64,000 nt of DNA, from assembly GCA_964035545.1 (NCBI GenBank), contig OZ037773.1, positions 7,097,751 through 7,161,750 on the forward strand, given 5' to 3'. Below, one piece after another: positions 55,173-64,000 of the stretch. The position numbers and the translations under genes are program-made. Each line of letters starts with the position of its first letter. The stretch's first letter is position 1. The notes below the pieces were generated by a model. The model saw only the letters and a list, made by a program, of their open reading frames with translations, was not told the origin of the DNA and made no database searches. The DNA is from Bugula neritina. Taxonomy: Eukaryota > Animalia > Bryozoa.

Positions 55173-56467
55173 ATGGTAAGTAACAATAGCAAGGCTATAT
55201 AATTTGATTTATTTAGAGTTTTAGGGTGTCATGAAGGTTCTTTGTAACAGTTGACTTTTCATCAGCAAAGAGAATTGATAGCTATCTAAGCTTGAGCAAG
55301 CTAGGCTGCATAAAAAGGTTCAATTTTCACTTTGATAATAAGTATACTTTACAAAACTGATGAACAACTTGTAGTCTATAATCGTTAACTTTCAACCTTT
55401 TAAGATTTATCATCATTAACCAGGCATACTTGATTATAGGGCTACCGCAACTCAATTAGGAAAATAGGAAATACTATTTATCTAAATTTATATTGGCTTT
55501 ACGAAACATTATAGATAGATATAGGAAAGTTAGGTCTGTAAGCTGGGCTTGGTGTAAGCAGTATCAGTTTACATAAGCTTGTCCCCTGGCAGCTGTAACT
55601 GCATCCATAAATTCAATACACTCCTGCAGTACGTTATTAGAGTCATATTATTGTGGTGAATAAATTCTGATGACTCTGGAAATTTGAGGCAGCATTCTTT
55701 GGAGGCTCTACTTTTGAAAAAAATCCTCCTGCACTTTGTTTTGAAAAGAACATTTGTATTTCCAACTAATAGCATAAGTTTTGTAAAAAAATATTATAAT
55801 CTGACTTCTAGTTTATATAAATTTACTTTACTTAGATATTTTGCTGTTGAATACTTAGCAAATGTTTATTGCCTAGTACACATCGGCTATAATATTAAGA
55901 CAGTTGAAATAATTTTTTTTCACAATTTTTTAAGCAAAACATTATGTTAGGAAACTGTAAATCATTAATTTAATTAAAATTTTTGTGTTTTATGTAATTT
56001 AATTATATATACATACACTGTAGCAAAAAGAGACAAGCTTAGAGCCGTGTACCACAAACCAAACAACCACAGAACAAACTACAGGAGAACTTCTTCAGCC
56101 ATATGAAGTTATCTGCTCATCCGCTGTAGATCTCTACGCCGACCTTGACATCGCCTCTGCGTATCATAGCAACTGTAGCCCTGACCTATCAGAGAGATAT
56201 GATGACACGTCTCAGTCTAGTGTTATTCGGGAGTCGTCTTTCACTTCTCAGTTTAGTACAAGGGGAAGCAACTTATGCAATAAAATCAGACGCTGCTATT
56301 TTGTTGTGCCTCTAATAGTCATGTTTATCCTTGTAAATATTATCTCTTTAGGGCTAATAGTGGGATGTATAGTCCATGAGGAGACCTGTTTCAAACTTAA
56401 TAATAATACTGCTAGTAAAATATCTTCTGTTGGAAAGAAATCAAACCAAAATACAATAAATTGGTAG
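55173..56467 (+). CDS. Small single-pass (type II) membrane protein with cytoplasmic ITAM-consensus motif, 148 aa
   Basis: ATG|gtaagt at 55173-55175 spliced to a 444-nt stop-free exon 56024-56467: MQKETSLEPCTTNQTTTEQTTGELLQPYEVICSSAVDLYADLDIASAYHSNCSPDLSERYDDTSQSSVIRESSFTSQFSTRGSNLCNKIRRCYFVVPLIVMFILVNIISLGLIVGCIVHEETCFKLNNNTASKISSVGKKSNQNTINW. TATAAGA at 55079. The 3' end is uncertain. Confidence 0.7.
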
Positions 56468-57499
56468 CTTGAAGCAGTGTGACCTGATTCGAACAGCCAT
56501 TTTGTTGCTTTTAATTGCTTCATAACTGGAGTAGTAAAATACTTTATACATGTTACCACAGTTTTGTATTTTCTCCTTTTTATAGTATATTTACTACGGC
56601 ATGCTATATGCACAAAATCAGTTGAATGTAATTATTTTGAATTATTTGTGACCTGTGTTATCTTATGTTAACATCGTGATTCAAAAATACTGAGATAAGG
56701 CAGTTAATAAAGTTTTTTTGCAAAAGTAAAGTTGTTGAAATATGTTTTGGTTGGTTTAATTTTAAATGAAGGTTTTTTTATACAAAATGGATTATTTTAT
56801 AGGAAATAAGAAAACTGCTCATGGCTGAATAGACTCTTAGAAACCATCTCTAGTTTCAGTAGTTTGTTTAGGATAAACCAGTGGCTACCAAAAATGTAAA
56901 GTCAAGAGGGGCAACTCCTGTTTCAGCAAGCTGCTCTCAATCTGACTACGCTGTGTGGCTGTGCTCTTACTTTCAATCAGTCCAGAAAACACTAACTAAA
57001 ATCATTCCTTGGGACTTTTAATAATACTGGGAAAGACACTGCACAGTTGTGCTTATGTGGGAAATAAGTAATAACAATAAAAATAAACATTTGATTCATT
57101 TTTTTCCTCACAAATGTAAATTTATGCCAACAGCTTTAGCTAAGGATACATGTGCAATCATATTATATATTACTATGACCATGAGTTGGATAAGTGCAAC
57201 ATTCAGCCACCAGCCATCTAATTCATTCCTGTTATGTCAATTGCATCAAAGATATATAATATGCGACACCAGGTCTAATTAAGTTGTGTCTGGGATTTAA
57301 ACTTTTTAATATCAGTTTTGAAGCTTGTAAAGTAGCATGCAGGAAAAAATAACAATTAGAAATATAGCATCAAGATATGAAATGCAAGTTGCTATAATAA
57401 CGAGAGTTGTACAACTATTTTCAGAAGGGCGCATTCAGCACTTCAACTAGGATATTTTTTAAAATTTATTCATAAGTTATAAGGGTAAACAAGATGAAG

Positions 57500-57662
57500 G
57501 GTTTTATAAGCAGTCTTAGAGTTGGTGGTGAATGAGTGCGACAGTTTGGAGCTTTTGAGTTTGGAGTTGGGGACTTTAATAAACCCCAAGTCTAAATTTA
57601 AGAGCTCCAAACTATTTCACTCAATCGTATTACCAACCCGGGGCTGTTTATAGAATTATTCA
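57500..57662. mobile_element. Palindromic (hairpin) MITE, copy 2
   Basis: tataagcagtcttagagttgg...agtttggagct / agctccaaact...ccaacccggggctgtttatagaa; same family as 54224-54390. Confidence 0.65.
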
Positions 57663-57678
57663 AGCAGATATTATAGTT

Positions 57679-57877
57679 CATGGGTGGAAAACTGTGGCCC
57701 TTTGCTCCTTTTCCAGTGGCGCTCTTAATGCTTAAGATGCGTTCTGATTAGCACAGCATAGGTTTGGTGACCAATTGCTTTATTATAATAAAGTTTACTA
57801 TGAATGCTATCATGTGGCCTTTCATTTTGGCTGACATTTGAACTTGGCCCTCATGCAAAAGAAGTTGCCCATCCCTG
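57679..57877. mobile_element. hAT-type MITE
   Basis: CATGGGTGGAAAACT...AGTTGCCCATCCCTG termini with a perfect 8-bp target-site duplication TTATAGTT (57671-57678 and 57878-57885). Confidence 0.85.
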
Positions 57878-59459
57878 TTATAGTTAGTTGACGATCCTAG
57901 CTAGACGAGACAGTCTATAAAAAGACAGCTGTGAGTTACTATTATAATAGCGAGCTATCGAAGATATTTAGAACACTAAACACGGTCAAATTTTAGATAT
58001 TCAACTTTTCTCCTTTATAATTGTACCAAAACAGAAATGATTATTTTAAGTGTAACCACTCACACTGAATTAGAAATATTTTCCAGCTATAACTATTACT
58101 ATAGATTAAGACTAAGCACCATATTATTTGTTATCATGGTGATTAGTTGCATATCATCTGTGATCATACTGCTACTAAACTAATAATGTACTTGTTCATG
58201 TTTTATAGTAGAAATATTTCATATTTATATTAATATTCATATTCATATTGGTGCTACTTACTACTCAGTTACCAGTTATTGTTATTGTATTTTAAATTAT
58301 TATTTTATGTTAAATTCTTAAAGTTACTAAAACCAAAGGTGTCGCACTAACTAGATTGCACTTATAGTTATTAATTAAAAGTAAACCGATTATCACTGCA
58401 GCTATTAAATGTAAGTTGATTATCATGTTGAAGTTAGTCAATGTTATCTAGTTATAAGTTATGTTGAAAATTTGAATTTAAAATTAATCTTAATAGTCAT
58501 CACACTCAAATTTAGTGAGAAAACTCAAAATCTTTAGATATATTTGACTTCATAGCTCGACAAAGATGTAAAATAATTATGATGGTAATCACTAATGTTG
58601 TTTAGCCTAAAACATAATTTTAATAGCTAATATGTGTGCAATTTTAATCAGTGTTTTAAGTAATAGCTATTTTCTTTCCTACAGTTACAGCTGTAAAACA
58701 TCCTAACTTTCACTTTGACTGTAACTTCTTTTGCAAATGCTGAATGTGAGTTAAACAGTGAGTGTCTGAGTTTATGTTTTTTTTTTTGGTTATTAGGTAG
58801 TTATTGTTCTAAACTTAATTAAAGCCAGTAAAGCTCAAACTGGTAATCCTCAAATTATTGTTAGTTACTAATTATCACTAGTAACTCCAGCGCTATGTTT
58901 GAGTATGAACTTTTTGTCCCACAGTTTTTTTTTAGTGAGTGGTACAAAAGTTCATTGCTTTGCTGTAAAATAAAGCAGAAGATTTGCTAAATCTGTGAAA
59001 TACTGTTGAAAATAGCTTGCTACAGCTTTGAGTTGCAACTCACTTCTCATCTCAATCTCTTAGCTCAAGAAACTCTATGGTAACAGTTGAATGCAGTTTG
59101 TGCTATGAATTTTAAAATCTGCTGTGATTTTATTTTACCTCTACTGATTTTATTTATAATAAAAGCATATAGTCTAGATGTGATTTATCAAATAGACCAG
59201 GTATGTCATAAATAGTCTACTTGAAATTTGATAAGTGGCTCTTGTTGTGGGCTTTAAAGTCGTATCATGACATATCTTTACTTGAAGTTACATTACTGCT
59301 ATGACAGTATCTCGATCTGATAGAGTTCTAGCATTTTTATTGAGATTTTCTGATAAGTTTGTTCAAGGTAACATATTTAACTTGTTGATCCTACTGTCAC
59401 ATGTCTGTACATTTTATTTTTCTAACTTTATATATAAATATTTCTTGCTTCCTTTTAGA

Positions 59460-62400
59460 ATGTTGTGGAGGTTAATCTGGGTGGTAGTTTTATTATCTCT
59501 AGCTGTGTCTGCAGCTTCTGAACAGCCCAACATAATCTTCATAGTGGCTGATGACTACGGCTGGAATGACATTGGTTATCACGGAAGTGAGATCAAAACT
59601 CCAAATCTAGACAAACTCGCTTCTGCCGGAGTGAAGTTGGATAACTACTATGTCCAACCCATATGCACACCAACTCGCAGTCAACTTATGTCCGGTGTGT
59701 TTGTATGGCTACTGCTGATTGTGTTGTGTGATGTTGAATTTGATAAAACTCATGTGGGTTTATAGTCACTATCCCTGTGAGAACCCCTGATGGAAAGGGG
59801 TTTTAAAGCAGGCTAAAAACTTTTTTGGTGCAGCATAGAAGCAATTATGACTGGATGCTCTTCCTAACATCACTGTGATGTTTGGAGTTGAACCACTGAC
59901 CTTGTGTTTACTAGACCAGCTCTCTAACCACTGCTTCTTTAAAGTTACATTTTACAATAATATTTATTTTATTTGCTTATTTGAATATATATTGATTTAT
60001 ACTAGGACGGTACCAGATACATACGGGGCTGCAGCATGGAATTATATGGCCTTGTATGCCTAGTGGTCTACCATTGGATGACCCAACAATGCCAGATAAG
60101 TTGAAGGAAGCTGGATATTCTACACATATGATTGGTTAGTATCTTTGTAATGTTTGTACAATCTGGTTATTTAATTTAATAATATTTGTTGACATGGTGT
60201 TCTAGTTGAAAATATTTTAGTTGTAAATAGATGTTTATATATTCAGGTAAATGGCACCTCGGTTTCTATACTAAAGATTACATCCCAACTTCTAGAGGGT
60301 TTGATAGTTACAGTGGATATTTAACTGGCAGTGAAGACTACTATTCCAGAATGAGGTTACCAAGTTTATGTAGAATATGTATTGTATTATATGTTGTATT
60401 GTAGAACATGTGATGTATTATATGTTATATTGTAGAATATGTATTGTATTATATGTTATATTGTAGAATATGTATTGTATTATATGTTATATTGTAGAAC
60501 ATGTGATGTATTATATGTTATATTGTAGAATATGTATTGTATTATATGTTATATTGTAGAATATGTATTATATGTTATATTGTGGAATATGTATTGTATT
60601 ATATGTTATATTGTAGAATGTGTATTGTATTACATATATTGGGCAGACAACTCTAATGTTGACATAATGCATAGTTTTGTAGGTATAATAATTAGTCCTC
60701 CTTGCATACGTAATCATATAGCTATACACCATCTAGTGTAGACAGTTCTGCTCTCTTATAATGGTGAGACAACTCCTTGCATCTAGTTATATATATGCGA
60801 GGCTTGTCCAATAGCTGTTGTATGCTTTCTTTGGGCTATAGATCTAACAATGGCTTTACTGGACTAGACTACACTGTCAATCAAACAGGGCGAAACGATA
60901 CTTATGGTGAATACTCCGCCCACCTCTTCACCAGACATGCTCAAACTGTCATCAGTAAGTAGTTATGTAATACTTTATCAGTTCAAAGTTATGTAACATC
61001 ATGTGATGATGCCGGCTGACATTCATGATGTCATGACTCAAAGTTGTTGTTAGAGTTTAGACTCTAGAATCTAGATGTATAATATTGTGCAAAATTGACT
61101 AGTTGATACTGTAGCCATATAGTTCTTAATTTTGATTGGTTTATAATTGCAGGGCACGCCCACCTTCAACAATAGGCCCTAACTAGCGCTGTACATATTA
61201 TACCAGCTTTGTAGCTGTTTTAATATTTGTAACAACGTTAAATGCTACTCTTATTGTTTCTTTTCACAAAAGTTACTTGATTGTTTAGTATCAACTCCAT
61301 AAGTAACTACATAGAAGTCACCTTCCACTTAATATGTTCTCTGTTGAACTGCTCTCCATGTTTATTGAATAAAATGAGAGATATACACTTGAAACACTGT
61401 CCAGTGCCTCAGGTGAAACACTGTCCAGTGCCTCAGGTGAAACACTGGGCAGTGCCTTAGGTGAAACACTGTCCAGTGCCTTAGGTGAAACACTGGGCAG
61501 TGCCTTAGGTGAAACACTGGGCAGTGCCTTAGGTGAAACACTGCCCAGTGCCTGAGGCAAACGCTGTCCAGTGACTCAGGTGGCTGGTAAAACCTTCTGC
61601 CATATTTTTTTACCCAACAATTCAGAGAACTGTGTGTATCTTTCTGTATTAATTAGCAGCATGTTGTCTATTGTGTTACAGCCACTCATGCTGCTCAAGA
61701 ATCGTCTCCCCTTTTCCTGTACCTGGCATTCCAGAGTGTCCACAGCCCTATGGAGGTTCCTGAGAAATATGAGAATATGTATTCCAACATAGAGGACAAG
61801 TACAGACGTATATATGCTGGCATGGTATCAGGTGTGTCTTCCTTTATATACCTGTATACCTGTATACTATATACCTGTATACCATATACCTGCATAATAT
61901 TTACCTGCATACTATATACCTGTATACCATATACCTGTATACTGTATACCTGTACACTACATACCTGTATACTGTATACCTGTATACTATATACCTGTAT
62001 ACCATATACCTGTATACTATATACCTGTATACTATATACCTGCCTACTGTATACCTGTATACTATATACCTGTAGCAATGGACGAAGCAGTAGGCAATCT
62101 CACTCAGACTCTGAAAGATTCGGGTCTCCTTGACAATACTATCCTCGTCTTTACCACAGATAACGGTGGCCAGACCCTGTCAGGAGGTAACAACTTCCCA
62201 CTGCGAGGTCGCAAGGCTACATACTGGGAAGGAGGTATGTATTACGTTCCCTCTCTGTGTTAGCATATCCTCTGGTACTGAGCCTAACTTTGTGGACTGT
62301 GTTGCAAACTGCAGCTAACAGTTTCTATAAATGTCCATTGTGGTAGCCTCTGTGCTTTGCTTCTAGGTGTTCGAGGTAACGGGTTTGTGTATAGCCCCCT

Positions 62401-63890
62401 ACTCAAGAACCCTGGCTCTACTAGTAAGGAACTCATGCACATCACTGACTGGTACCCGACTTTAGTAAAGTTGGCCGGAGGTTCTATGGCCGGCACCAAA
62501 CCTGACGGCTACAACGTCTGGGATTCTATCAACTTGGGAGCTCCTAGTCCTAGAAAGGTGACACTTTTACCTGTAATACTAATAGTCCTAAAAAAGTGGT
62601 ACTTTTACCTGTAATACTGAAAGTCCTAGAAAGGTGGTACTTTACCTGTAGGACTGATTACTCTATGAATAATAAGCTATTATATTACTAATATAATATG
62701 AATAATAAGTTATTATATCACTGCAATGTAACAAGTTTATAATTTGTCAAGTTGTATTTTATTTAATTTTTTATTCATCTTATTTTCTTTTGATTATATT
62801 CTCTTGTAGGATATTTTGCACAACATTGATCCAATGTATAAGAAAAAAGGCAAGTCTGTTTCTAAAGTGTTTGACACGTCTGTTCAGGCAGCTTTGAGAC
62901 ACGGCGACTGGAAGATTCTAACTGGTGACCCTGGCTTTGATAGTTGGGTACCTGAGCCCACTCTTTATAGTGACTGTGAGTGTAACTCTTTATATTGTGA
63001 CTGTGAGTGTAACTCTTTATATTGTGACTGTGAGTGTAACTGTTTATAGTGACTGTAACTCTTTATAGTGACTGTGAGTGTAACTCTTTATAGTGACTGT
63101 GAGTGTAACTCTTTATAGTAACTGTGAGTGTAACTGTTTATAGTGACTGTGAGTGTAACTCTTTATAGTGACTGTGAGTGTAACTCTTTATAGTGACTGT
63201 GAGTGTAACTCTTTATAGTAACTGTGAGTGTAACTGTTTATAGTGACTGTGAGTGTAACTCTTTATAGTGACTGTGAGTGTAACTCTTTATAGTGACTGT
63301 AAGTGTAACTCTTTATAGTGACTGTGAGTGTAACTGTTTATAGTGACTCTTTATAGTGGCTGTGGGTGTAACTCTTTATATAGTGACTGTGAGTGTAACT
63401 CTTTATAGTGACTGTGAGTGTAACTGTTTATAATGACGGTGAGTGTAACTGTTTATAGTCACTGTGAGTGTAACTCTTTGTAGTGACTGTGATTGCGACT
63501 CTTTATAGTGACTGTGAGTGCAGTCATACTAGTTTAAGTTACATTTGTGTCAGTATACAGTTAGAGTATTGGTAAACTGTAATTTGTTTCCGGTGGAGAT
63601 GTTGTGGTAGCCAGATTTCTAGAGAATCTTGATTAACTGCATTAGGCTCATTAATGCCTTCATTGCTTGTATTTGCAGCATGTTTGTATTATATTTAACA
63701 TTTATCATATAGATGTACATATGTTGTGTGTATAGTAATAGACAATGCAAGGCCAATATAACAAATAGCCATGTACATGTTTTATGCTACAGATTCCAGA
63801 AGGTTTAACGACTCATCCAATACCAGTTCCAGCAGTGATCAGAATGTGTATCTCTTCAACATAGCGGAAGATCCTACTGAGCATTTTGAG
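59460..63890 (+). CDS. ARSB: Arylsulfatase B/I/J-like secreted or lysosomal sulfatase (3' end beyond the window)
   Basis: Exons 59460-59694, 60006-60134, 60247-60355, 60842-60954, 61682-61831, 62076-62234, 62367-62557, 62810-62975, 63793-63890 join in frame. Signal peptide, [12 protein letters not shown], formylglycine motif [73 protein letters not shown]. Exact orthology to ARSB is not established. Confidence 0.93.
59745..59937 (-). mobile_element. tRNA-derived SINE, copy in sulfatase intron 1
   Basis: Reverse complement matches the body and tail of 13871-14085. Confidence 0.85.
60370..60632. repeat. 31-bp minisatellite (gtagaatatgtattgtattatatgttatatt)
   Basis: About 8 units in a sulfatase intron. 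Confidence 0.92.
61391..61582. repeat. 24-bp minisatellite (gaaacactgtccagtgcctcaggt)
   Basis: About 8 units in a sulfatase intron. Confidence 0.93.
61846..62075. repeat. 15-bp minisatellite (tatacctgtatacta) filling a whole intron
   Basis: About 15 units running up to the acceptor AG at 62074-62075. Confidence 0.93.
62545..62657. repeat. 38-bp triplication spanning a splice donor
   Basis: tagtcctagaaag|gtgacacttttacctgtaatactaa repeated three times. Confidence 0.85.
62960..63520. repeat. 25-bp minisatellite spanning a splice donor (actctttatagtgact|gtgagtgta)
   Basis: About 22 units; the first unit overlaps the end of exon 62810-62975. Confidence 0.93.
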
Positions 63891-64000
63891 GTGAGGTCGG
63901 GGGCGTGTGTGTAGACTGAGTATAATGTAACTACACCAGTACTCCATATTTCTCCAACACTATCTAGTTATTGTCTGTATGAACTACCTCCACAGATATA

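Noticed and set aside
56296-56613. Minus-strand 105-aa ORF
   Set aside because: Antisense to the better-supported membrane-protein exon; no motif or splice support.
59301-59459. N-terminal extension of the sulfatase ORF
   Set aside because: An acceptor (ccttttag, 59458) sits just before the ATG at 59460 that begins a clean signal peptide; the upstream part reads as intron.
61318-62133. SVSPKAL, QVYSI and YTCIL repeat ORFs
   Set aside because: Intronic minisatellites. The 244-bp intron is not a multiple of 3, so retention would break the sulfatase frame.

Overview
AT-rich, intron-containing invertebrate (metazoan) genomic DNA; the species cannot be determined from sequence alone. The ORF track misses most real genes because they are spliced, so I assembled them by hand. 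(1) 3.9-29.4 kb: a tandem array of six paralogous 6-exon genes on the + strand. They encode secreted 182-299 aa proteins with identical intron phases (1,2,0,0,0), eight conserved Cys and a helical pattern. I cannot assign the family; it is a candidate invertebrate four-helix-bundle cytokine/hormone family. (2) 30-34 kb: a CpG-containing promoter-like segment followed by a triplicated, apparently non-coding exon. (3) 34.6-50.1 kb: a decayed minus-strand C2H2 zinc-finger locus that has seeded two satellites (73/79-bp and 152-bp units). (4) 51.3-52.9 kb: a spliced CS-alpha-beta defensin gene on the minus strand. (5) 55.2-56.5 kb: a divergently oriented small single-pass membrane protein with an ITAM-consensus motif. 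(6) 59.5 kb to the end: an arylsulfatase B-like gene, 3'-truncated by the window, whose introns carry several different minisatellites. Interspersed are a tRNA-derived SINE family, tRNA-like relics, Kolobok-, Harbinger- and hAT-type MITEs, and microsatellites. The cytokine-like array, the defensin and the ITAM protein together suggest a possible immune gene neighbourhood; this is inference, as no database search or structure prediction was run.
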